DNA from: the human T2T-CHM13v2.0 reference genome, Homo sapiens
Strand: one strand, 5' to 3'
DNA: 64,000 nucleotides
Assembly: GCF_009914755.1 (NCBI RefSeq)
Contig: NC_060926.1
The notes beneath the pieces are model-generated. The model was given only the letters and a program-made list of their open reading frames with translations, did no database searches and had not been told where the DNA came from. Below, piece after piece: positions 53,363 through 64,000 of this stretch (position 1 is the stretch's first letter; each line of letters begins with the position of its first letter). The position numbers were made by a program, and so were the translations under genes.

Positions 53363-55744
53363 GAAGGGCTTTCCAAAACTAAAGAATAATGTGGCTTGAA
53401 GATAAAGTCACATCTCCATTTCTTTCAAAACAGAGTACCAGCAATTTTTAATTGATTTTTTCCTCAGCTTCTACTTACCAAAATTCTCTGGAGTTTTAAC
53501 CAGAGTAGTCTTATGTGTGGAATGAAGAGGGGAATAAATGGTACCAAGGATAATAGGATGAGCTCAAATCAGTCTGTGCTTATGACCTTAGTGTTAATAC
53601 TGTGAAATGAAAGAAATATCGTCATTTCTCATTTTGGTGTAGAGATGCTAATTCTACACTCCTCTTCAAATTACTGAGATAATAGTATGTGACTGATGAT
53701 GAATTCCTAGATAACACTGGGCTGTGTGCCTTTGAAATATTGAGAGAAAAACTCATGATATTGATAGTCCATTAGACTAGAAGATGAGATTTCAAAATGA
53801 CAATGGTAATGAGGGTTCGTTTTTGGCAACCACCTTGATTCAGTTCTATAAAAGGCAAAGAAATAAATACATGACTCCCCTGAGTGACATTTAGACAAAA
53901 GGTGGTTCTGTGCCATTGTCGGATAGCTTTCAAAATCAATGGATTCAGCAAGTTTTGTTCATTTCAGATATTTGGTACATCAGAGTTCCATGTTAGTTTT
54001 TTTTTTTATTTTAAGATTTAATTATTAGAAATAAATGTACTTAGAATATTGGAGACAGGAAAGAATATTAGGAAATTTTGTTATTGCTAGGAAGAATCTA
54101 AAAATAGCGTTAATTGATTAAAAAGTGAATTATTGTGTTAGAAACTTTGTCTTTTAACAATTACAAACCAAAATTCTAAAGGAATATCTAAAAAGCTTAT
54201 GTAATAAAGTTTCAGAAGACTAGGAAAAATAGCCTTATAAGCTCTAGATCCTCTCTAACAGAGATACTGTTGTAGGTAAAGGAGACACATGCTCCAATAA
54301 TAAGATGAAACCCTGGTAACCCTGGAGTGGCATCCTCTAGCAAACAGGAGAGTAGGCTTTGGTTTGATTCACTCAACAAGTGCTCATTGAGAATCTTCTC
54401 CGTGCAGTTAACTCAATGCTGTGGAAGGTATAAAGCTATCATAATATCAGCTGTAGACAAATGAAAAGGAATGCAGTTATCAAGAACTTCAGAGAAGTGC
54501 ACTTTTTGCTGAGAGCTTTGGTAACCTCATCTGTCAGTGTAAAATCAATCAGGGATCTTCCCTGTAGGCTCCGAGAGTGACTATATATTTCTCCCTTCAA
54601 AATGTTTTATCCAAGATAATTAGTTTAACATTTAATATCTGGGACTTCCTCACAGGAGGAAAATGTCATGAAAGAGGAAAGCATTGGAATCTAGAAAGTG
54701 ATAATATAAAAGTTGAAAGAGGCATATTTAGTCTGCTTTGCCTTTGAGAGGAATTGTATGCCTGTTGAGTTCTATTTCTTTTACCTTCATGTGCTGGCTG
54801 GCTGAGTCACTGGGCAACTGGGACCCAGGGTGTCCACCTGACCAGGTATAATTTCAATCATGCATACAGTTGTCCCAGGATTTTCTTGGGTTATAGAATA
54901 TTTTCTAAACATAAAGAAGCTATCTCTCTTGCTTCTCTCCCGAAGAATTACTTTCTTATCAGCTTAGGCATAAACCGAAAGGATGCTCAATTATATGTGC
55001 ATAAAATAATGATTCATTGAAGGATTCTATGAATTTTATGTTCCCCCCCAACTCCAAACACAGACCCAGAATTTGAGATAAAGAGACATATGCAATTTAA
55101 TATTATTTAATGCGTGACGAGTCTGATGGAATAGATATTCAACTCAGTGACCTTGAAGTATAGAGTGGCTAGTATGAACAGTTTGCATGCTACACTGTAT
55201 AGCCTAAATAACAGAGGGCATAATAAAGTAAAAACTGTAAGGTTGTGATCAGCTTCTACTGGTGAGGGAGAGAGATGATTAATGGTGTAACGAAGAAATT
55301 ATCATGGTGTTTCTATTTTCTACAAAGCTGTTTTCAGCTTCAAATTAGAAGTTACTCTTTTTGCCAAAAAGAGTGGGGTATAAACCACATTCCAATTGCT
55401 GCAATAATTCTGACAAACTCAAAGGCAGATAGCAAAGCATCTGGAAATGGGCAGATCAAAATGTTGTCTTGAAAAATAGAAAAACAACCTTTCCAATGGA
55501 AAAATACCTGGTTTGTAGCATTTTGCAGCATATGTAATGTATAGAGTAAAATGTATGCCCTGGGTAGCTAAGAAGAGAATAAAAATGAATTAGGAGAACC
55601 TAAATAATAAAATAATGTTGTTTTCATAATTATATATAATGGGAACAATTTATTTACTGACTTCACTGAAACATGATGTTTCAGAGCTTTTAATCGGCTT
55701 GTGAAATGTTAGAATTATTTCTGTCTCAAAATATGTAAAAGTAT

Positions 55745-56510
55745 GGTGGAGGAGAAATAGTAATACCTTTTCCTCACCCAGGGACCTATGGAAAAGGTCA
55801 TGCCTGACACCTCTAATCCAAAAGATAGACTGGCAAATTAAAAGCATAAAAAGTTTATTTATCAAAATTTCATGTGGCATGGGAGCTTTTGGAATTAAAG
55901 TTGCAAAGGGCCAGAGAAAATTTTTTATTTTTTTTGAGATGGAGTCTCCTCTGTCACCCAGGCTAGCGTGCAATGTCATGACCTCAGCTCCCTGCAACCT
56001 CCGCCTCCCAGGTTCAAGTGATTCTTCTGCCTCAGCCTCCCAGCTAGCTGGGATTACAGGAGCATAACCCCATGCCTGGCTAATTTTTGTATTTTTAGTA
56101 GAGATGGGGTTCACCATATTGGCCAGGCTGGTCCCATCCTCTTGGCCTTGTGATCTGCCTGCCTCGGCCTCCCAAAGTGCTGGGATTACAGGCGTGAGCC
56201 ACCGTGCTGGGCCAAGAAGACTATTTTTATTGCTAAGTCTGATGAAAGAAATGGATAGTTGTAGAGAAACATGATTGGATAACAGGAGTATGATCTAATG
56301 GTAATGAACTGGAGACAACTTCGCAAGGCCAGATTCTTCTCTGTGTTTCTGTAAGCCATTCATTGCCCCTGGGTATCAGGAAGCACATCTGTCACATGAG
56401 GATCTGGGAGGTGGTGAACGTCAGAGAGTGATTTTTCTAGGTTTTATGGCTTGTTTGGGGGTCAGGAGGGGGCGATTTCTCGTTCCTGTGACCTGCTTGG
56501 GGGAGAAAAG
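55745..56510. mobile_element. ERV1 LTR relic (MER67-like), interrupted by an Alu
   Basis: 'aaaagatagactggc..aagcataaaaagtttattt..catgggagctt' then, after the Alu, 'gtagagaaacatgattggata..ggagtatgatctaatggtaat..cacatgagg'. Confidence 0.55.
55921..56213 (-). mobile_element. AluS (Sg-like)
   Basis: Full antisense dimer ending 'gtgagccaccgtgctgggcc'. Confidence 0.96.
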
Positions 56511-57588
56511 GATGTTAAGTTCTCTTATGGGAGTTTGCAGATACTGTTTTGACTCTGAATATAGAGACTTTATAACTAAGCCATGGTCCTCAAATCAAAA
56601 GTAATCCGTATGTGGTAATCTGGAGAGGTGTGTAATAATTATTCTTGTAGATTCAGACCATCCTAACCATAATCAATGCTGGGCAGGTAATAGGAGATGT
56701 TTTATGGCAAATGATTCAGTCAATGTTCCAATTATTGAAGCTCTATGTAGGAGAAAGACAACTGTAGATACTGGTTTGTCTATAGATCCATTGAAAAAAA
56801 CTGGGGTACTGACTTGTTGACCATGACTCATGGGGACAAGACCACAACTGCAGCTTAGTATCTAATTATGGCCATAAGCCACCAACTACTTAATAATTGT
56901 CTATATCTAGTAAATATGGCATATATGTTTACGGTATATACCTGGACTCCTAGTATTCTCTTTGAGCCACTTTTTTGATTTATTAATTGTTACTTGCTTT
57001 GTGTGTGTGTGTGTTTGTGTGTGCATGCATGTGTGTGTGCATGTACAAGTGTTTAATCCATTAGTCTCTTAGCATATAAAAATGTTTTTCTTGTAAAAAG
57101 ATGCCTACCTATTTAGCCTGTGCAGTGGAGGAAGCTGGGGGAGGTAGATCAAGTACAACTGAGAATTTTGTGAGGATTCAAAGGCTCAACATTTTTACTT
57201 CCTTGTGAGCCTTTCTGCCTTGCAAAGGTCAACACACTCACGTCTCTTCCCCCTCCAGCAATAGTGTTTTCAGATATGAGCAAAATATTTTACCTCAAGT
57301 TTCACCATTTTCTTTTTTTACAATAACAGAAAGCAGATTTTTATTCAGAGTACACTTACAGTGGCTTTGTTTTTCTTGCTTTGTAGAAAAAAACAGCATT
57401 TATTTATTTATTCATTTTGTTGTTGTCAGAGTCAAAATGTAAATTTCTTCTTCCATTTACTTTGACATTGCACTGTATATGTACTATTTTTGAAAAGAGT
57501 GGCATATTCTGTGAACAGGTCTTTCAGAGACAAAGGAAATAAAACATGGAGAACAATGCAAGTTTCATCCTCTGATAATGGGTAGATG

Positions 57589-57631
57589 GTCTACGGCCAT
57601 ACCACCCTGAACGCTCCCCGTCTCGTCTGAT
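57589..57631 (+). pseudogene. 5S rRNA 5' fragment (nt 1-43), tailless retropseudogene
   Basis: gtctacggccataccaccctgaacgctccccgtctcgtctgat versus human 5S GTCTACGGCCATACCACCCTGAACGCGCCCGATCTCGTCTGAT (3 mismatches); 18-bp direct repeat tctgataatgggtagatg at 57571-57588 and 57626-57643. Confidence 0.93.
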
Positions 57632-58392
57632 AATGGGTAGATGTTCTCAAAAGGCAAAGTATATGAAAAACTTTAATGTAAGAAGAACAGAACATAACTT
57701 TTATATACAATTATATAATTCAACATAACGTTAATCATCATTTTATTAGCACTTTTTTATCATTGTTAGATATAGAAACATAGATGCATTAATATATACA
57801 TAAACATGACATATTTCTACATGCACACAAATATGGAGTTAACGTTTATTTAGAATCTACTAATATGCTTGTGGTAGAACTACAAAGATGAATTATATGA
57901 AAATCTTATAGTTTAGATGGAGGTAACTTAAACTACACATAAAATTCCTGGAATAGCGCCTTCCATGAACAAGGCACTCAAGGAAAATTTGTGCAATAAA
58001 TGAATACATAAAACAACACAAGTACAAAGCAGCATGTGCTGTTTGGTAAGCTAAAATGCACCAGAAGGTTCAAGAGTTAAAAGACATAGAAGAAGCCTGA
58101 AGGCAATGAAACTATTGATGTATTTGCAGAGAAGTTAGTCATTGAAGTGTCCAAGCAGGCAGGTGCACATGCACTGGGATGCAGCTATGCAGGTTGGAGG
58201 AGGCAGGCTCCGCAGATAGGGAGAGAAGAAAGCGGTGTATCTGATTTTCTTTTCTTTTCTGTTTTTGGAGAGAGATATTGAAAATGAATAAACAGTCCAG
58301 GGCATAGAAAAGTTTGTGCAATAGGGGAAAATAAAGTAAATTCAAGGGAAAATAATAGTCTAAGGTCTCCTATAAAAATAGTCTAGTTACTA

Positions 58393-58700
58393 GGCCAGGT
58401 GCGGTGGCTCAGGCCTGTAATCCCAGCATTTTGGGAGACCGAGGAGAGTGGATCACGAGGTCAGGAGTTCAAGACCACCCTGGCCAAGATGGTGAAACCC
58501 CATCTCTACTAAAAAACTACAAAAATTAGCCAGGCACTGTAGCAGGCAACTGTAATCTCAGCTACTCGGGAGGCTGAAGAAGGAGAACTGCTTGAACCGG
58601 GGGCAGCAGAGGTAGCAGTGAGCCAAGATCGAGCCACTGCACTCCAGCCTGGGCGACAGAGTGAGACTCCATCTCAAAAATAAATAAATAAATAAATATA
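58393..58700 (+). mobile_element. AluSg-like with TSD
   Basis: 'gatcacgaggtcaggagttc..ggccaagatgg'; TSD aatagtctagttact / aatagactagttact. Confidence 0.96.
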
Positions 58701-58760
58701 AATAGACTAGTTACTGATGAGTATAGCTATTTACAAAGGGACACATAGGACGTTTTTGTC

Positions 58761-59062
58761 TTTTTTTTTTTAATTTTTTTTTTTTGAGACAGAGTGTTTG
58801 CTCTTGTCACCCAGGCTGGAGTGCAATGGCAAGACCTCGGCTCACTGCAACCTCCGCCTCCCAGGTTCAAGCAATTCTCCCGCCTAAGCCTCACAGGCGC
58901 CTGCCACTACACTCAGCTAATTTTTTTTTTTTTTGTATTTTTGGTAGAGATGGGTTTTCGCCATGTTGGCCAGGCTGGTCTCGAATGCCTGACCTCAGGT
59001 GGTCCTCCCGTCTCAGCCTCCCAAAGTGCTCGGATTACAGGCGTGAGCCACCGTGCCTGGCC
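58761..59062 (-). mobile_element. AluSq/Sp-like with a small deletion and TSD
   Basis: 'ttgctcttgtcacccagg'; 'gagtagctgggatt' is missing; TSD ggacgttttt on both sides. Confidence 0.96.
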
Positions 59063-59389
59063 GGACGTTTTTTTTTAAGAGAAGGACAGAAGTCAAGTTA
59101 TGTATCTTCTTAAATAGGGAAATACATTTTACTTCCTCTACCATTATTACTATTTTTTCAAGGTTCCTAAAATAGTTGTCATTTTACATAACGTTTTCAA
59201 ACATCTGTGACAGATCTTGAAAGCGTCACTATGCGTTTCCTTAAAAGAACACCCATTTCAGAACCCGTGTCGTCTCTTTTTCTTCCTTTTCCACTTCCAC
59301 GTCCATGCGATCAAGTTGGGTTCAAGCTGCCGCTGCGGCCTGTCTTGAACCCACCCATTTTCCTCTAAGCTCTGCTGCCCTGGGCCTAC

Positions 59390-60010
59390 TGACTCCTGTC
59401 CTCTCACTGTCCTTACTGCTGTCCTCTCCTGGGCTGATGGCCGAAAACGCCTCCCTCACGGGCTCCTCACCCTAAGTAGGTAGGTCTCTCCCACCTTCCA
59501 TCTAATTTTCACAGTCCCATCAGAATTTTCTTTATAAAGGCTGGTATGGCTACCTAAGTTCCCCTGTTATTGCCCAGAAGATAATCCCAAACTGCCTAAT
59601 ATGGTATTGATAGCTCTCAAAATGGGGCCATCGAGTACCCCCCTTACACTATCTCCCATTCGTTTATCCCATCTACACCGAGATTCAGTCAACCTGCTTT
59701 GCTTTTCCCAAATAGTCAAAGATGACGCATGTTTCCCATCCTCTGTTCTGTGCTGTTCATTCAAGTTTTTTCCTTGCCTGGAGTATCCTCCTTTCTTTCT
59801 TTTAGTCAGAAAAGTTCTATTCACATTTCAAGATCCATAAAATGTCACGTTCTGTTTACTCACTTATTGTAAAAACGTGTACTCTCTTAACTTCGCCTTT
59901 CTATTTATACACAACTTACATGTACGTAAATGTGCCTTCTCCCCTCCCCGTTACACCCAGCACACATATTGCCTAGCACACAGTAGGTTCATAAGAACTG
60001 TTGAATGAAA
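59390..60010 (+). mobile_element. L2 relic
   Basis: 'gcctccctcacgggctcc..cagaattttctt..tgcccagaagataatcccaaactgcctaatatgg..ttccttgcctggagtatcc..gcctagcacacagtaggttcataagaactgttgaatgaa'. Confidence 0.6.
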
Positions 60011-60406
60011 TTTTCAAATCGAAGCAGGTATAACAACCTCTTATTTTTTTTAAAACCACTTTTGTCAATTTATTCAGCCTAATGAATATTTTTCTATATA
60101 TCTGCCATATGTATAGAAAAGTTTATACATAGTTTCTTTATCAGGCCTAACAGAATAACTTTTACTGTATTAAATAGTAACTTACTCAACTTGTCAAACT
60201 GGAGAGGCAATTGATTTGAGTATTAGGTCTTTACATTGCATCAACCAAGTTGATTAGTCATTTTTAAATTTATCATTAGTTAACATTAAAAAAAAAGTTA
60301 AAAACAAGCATTGCTCAAGCCCCCTTGTTTCGTGTTTGGCACACTGCATAGCTTTTAATAAAAAGTTATTTTTCAACCTGCAGTGGAATATTTAAACATC
60401 CATGCA

Positions 60407-60437
<31 letters not shown>

Positions 60438-61631
60438 GCTAAATTTTCAAAGAACATCAGAAATGTTGTATTAAAAAACAGATGATGGGGCAGTAAAGAC
60501 TTTTTTATTTGGTAGTAGAAACATATGGGGAAATAAAATGTATTAATGTTGTAATTATAACATTCCAATGTTTCTGCTTTCTCAAGTTTTTATACTAAAA
60601 ATCTTTCAATAGAACATAACTTTAAAGATAGTTTTCTTTATACTAGGTTCATGCATTTGTGTCCCATATTTCACCATAAGGGATATTTGTAATATATTTC
60701 TGGAATGGGAAATGGGTCAACTATCTAGCTGTCCAGTATTTCACATTTATGAACAGAACCCCCAAACTGAAAATTAGCCTTGGGTGTTTCATAACTTAGG
60801 ACCAACTCAGAAATGTAGGCTTTGGAAAGCAAATAACTGTGATCCAATTTTCGGGAAGCAGGTTTGTCTTTTATGGCAAAGAAGAGTGATCCCAGTTTTA
60901 ATTACAGGCATTGAGTGTCCCTAGCCAAAACTCAGTCTGAGGTGTTTCAGCATGGAAGATCATTTGGGAAAGCTGGGTTTGCAGAAAGCACGAGCAATAA
61001 AGACATAACATATAAACAGATATTCTGCACGTAGTTTGCAAAATCTTAACCTCATCAAAAGAAGAGATCAAAATTCTATTTAACGCAATTGGAGATTAAG
61101 TTGCAGAGTACAATTTAACTGAAATACAGTACCACATTCATACTTCAAATGGTTTATCAAAAGAAAGACTAAAAAAGACTGGTTATGTGTCTATATAAGG
61201 TTTGCTCTTCTCTTTCTCTCTCTTTAATTAAAAAAAAATATATATATATATAATATATATGTATATATATAACCAAGGCAAAAAGTAAGAGGTTGATGCT
61301 CTCTGTCCAAACCTCTCTTCTCTCTCTTTTTTTAAATATGTGCTTAATATATTCCTATCTTCCCAATATTTTAATTAAGAACAATGTTTGCACACATTTA
61401 AATGAGTGGCATCTTTGCTTAAATTTGTTTTTGACTAATTATTTTCCACGTGTTTTCACCTTCCAACACTACCTTAGTCCTAAGTTATGAAATACTCAAT
61501 GCTCTTCATAAAATATCTTGAAATAACTTTTTATTTCAAAATTAAAATTAAATCACATAAAAGTATGTTCTTAAATAGACTATAGTTTTCTTAGATCTTG
61601 TTGAGATTAAAAACAAGTGTGATCTGGCCCT

Positions 61632-61945
61632 GGCCGGGGGCGGTGGCTCACGCCTGTAATCCCAGCACTTTTGGAGGCCGAGGCAGGCGGATCAGGAGGT
61701 CAGGAGATCGAGACCATCCTGGCTAACACGGTGAAACACCGCCTCTACTAAAAACTACAAAAAAATTAGCCGGGCGTGTTGGTGGGTTCCTGTAGTCCCA
61801 GCTACTCAGGAGGCTGAGGAAGGAGAAATGCTTGAATCCAAGAGTTCGAGGTTGCAGTGAGCCGAGATCGCACCACTCCACTCCAGCCTGGCGACAGAGC
61901 GAGACTCCGTCTCAAAATAAATAAATAAATGAATGAATAAATAAA
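61632..61945 (+). mobile_element. Alu with AluY/Sc8-type left arm and AluSc-type right arm; no TSD
   Basis: Left 'gagatcgagaccatcctggctaacacgg'; right 'gcttgaa..gaggttgcag..ccagcctggcgacag'; (TAAA)n tail. Confidence 0.95.
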
Positions 61946-62997
61946 CAAATTACCTTTAACTTAGTATGACCATTTTGGATTGCTGTAAAATATTCCATAA
62001 AATAGTAAGAGCCTTCAAATGTAACTTAGAGTAAATGGGCAAATATTATTTTTCCTATTTACAGAGATATCTAATAGCCCAAACAAATATTTGAAATCAA
62101 AGTTATATTTGAATGCATTTCTGAATAGATGAAGGGATAAACAGATAGTAATATAAAGGAGTTCTGCAATGCTATGTCTATAGACCTCATGCCAAAAATG
62201 GGGACATGAGTCAAGTCTACCTAACATGTTTCTATTTTCTAAAAAAAAAAATTTAAGTACTTTAAATGCTTATACTTTGAATAAGAATAATTGCCATTTC
62301 AAAAAATGTAACTAAATATGTATGCATGCATCTGTGTGTATACAGAGACAAGCAGTGATTTATAATTTTGAGAAATATGATATTCTGATTCTGATTAAAA
62401 TAGCTAAAATTCACAAATTCAAAGTTGTGAAACTAAAAAAGAAATTTTTTTAGACTTGTGGATTAAAATCTTGGCATTCTACTCATTTAACTGTATTTAT
62501 CTATGGCATTTTCATTTGGCATAATTTTCATATATTTTGTAATAATATCACATTGGCTGCATAATATGAAGTCCCTTGAAAGAAACTAGATTTCAATTCT
62601 GTGGAAGAAATAATTTATGATGTAAGAGTTGTGATTATACAGCCAATATGAGTTAATTCTTTAAAAAAAAAAAACTAAATTGATCAAGCAAAAAAATGTA
62701 CTCACTTGTTTGAGAATGTCAATCATTTTCAATTAAATTATCTAGATGTTTCCCAGGTTTCAGCTGATATATTTTTCTTAGGAAATAATATTTTATCTCA
62801 TTAAATTATTTCTCTTGAATACAAAAAATCTTTATTTAGCCATCAGACCAAAAATAAATAAATAAATAGGGACAGCTCAGAAGGAGTGAGCATAGTTCTT
62901 TCTCTTCCAAACATACAGGTGGAACGTATAGTGCTAACAGGGAATATTCTGTGACATCATAATTTTGGGCACTGAATTTTGATTGCAGTGTGTTCTT

Positions 62998-63186
62998 CAG
63001 AGTCAGGCACCTCCAAGTCTGCCTCTTAATACTGCCAGCTGATGCCTCTAAGCCTCAGTTTTCACATCAGCCAATGTGACCACTATTACATACGTCATTG
63101 TGCTACTGTCAGGATGACATAAAGATGCTGCATAGAACACGTTTAGCCCAAAGCCTGGCACGTGATAAGAATACAATAAACTATAC
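62998..63186 (+). mobile_element. MIR
   Basis: 'agagtcag..ctctaagcctcagttttcacatc..agcctggcacgtgataagaatacaataaa'. Confidence 0.75.
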
Positions 63187-63412
63187 CTATAGTCAGGGCA
63201 ACAGAAAGACAAGAATTGATATGGTCAAAATCATAAACCCTCTTTTTGTCCTACGGAAGGCACAGGCAAGAATTTGGATGACACATGGTGGTGCTTCTGC
63301 CCTTACTAGTGACCTAAAACCAATCTGCCAAAGTATAATGATTGAGTTTTGCAGAACTGTTGCTAAGAGATATATAGGTGTATATGTACATGTATACGTA
63401 TATAAACATATA

Positions 63413-64000
63413 CACACACCTATGTATATATAAGCCATATCTACACACCTATGTATATATAAGCCATATCTACGCACCTATGTATATATAAGCCATATCT
63501 ACGCACCTATGTATATATAAGCCATATCTACGCACCTATGTATATATAAGCCATATCTACGCACCTATGTATATATAAGCCATATCTACACACCTATGTA
63601 TATATATAGGCCATATCTACACACCTATGTATATATAAGACATATCTACACACCTATGTTTATGTAAGCCATGTCTACACACCTATGTATATATAAGCCA
63701 TGTCTACACACCTATGTATATATAAGCCATGTCTACACACCTATGTATATATAAGCCATGTCTACACACCTATGTATATAAAAGACATGTCTACACACCT
63801 ATGTATATAAAAGACATATCTACACACCTATGTACATATAAGCCATATCTACACACCTATGTACATATAAGCCATATCTACACACCTATGTACATATCAG
63901 CCATATCTACGCACCTATGTATATATAAGCCATATCTACGCACCTATGTATATATAAGACATATCTACGCACCTATGTATATATAAGCCATATCTACGCA
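63413..64000. repeat. 29-bp minisatellite (VNTR-like), about 20 copies, truncated by the window end
   Basis: Unit tatgtatatataagccatatctac(a/g)cacc repeated head to tail with minor variants. Confidence 0.97.

Noticed and set aside
55650-56117. Longest ORF (155 aa) and similar Alu-overlapping ORFs (1524, 9342, 17789, 28205, 30461, 58784)
   Set aside because: They are translations of Alu or LTR sequence with typical Alu-frame peptides
63413-64000. CRISPR-like array (29-bp repeats)
   Set aside because: The units are contiguous with no unique spacers, there are no cas genes and the context is primate DNA; it is a minisatellite

Overview
This 64 kb window is AT-rich, repeat-dense, non-coding primate genomic DNA. 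AluY/S/J, THE1 and LTR7/HERV-H content point to a catarrhine, most likely human or great ape; the region is intronic or intergenic. I find no credible protein-coding gene: the ORF track is explained by Alu, L1, THE1-internal and simple-repeat frames or by chance. Recognisable content: 12 Alus, many MIR/L2/L1M relics, DNA transposons (Tigger2b-like, MER58A, MER33, MER5, MER63) and two full-length THE1 (MaLR) elements. One THE1 carries a nested LTR9 and a tiny L1 3' end. There is also a solo LTR7 with an intact TSD, a 43-nt tailless 5S rRNA retropseudogene with an 18-bp TSD, a 63-bp triplication, an old ~350-bp duplication of apparently unique sequence, a perfect 22-bp AT-rich palindrome, a closely spaced inverted Alu pair and a 29-bp minisatellite running off the right edge. 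I do not see evidence for a wholly new biological system. Repeat subfamily calls come from recalled consensus motifs and should be confirmed with RepeatMasker/Dfam.
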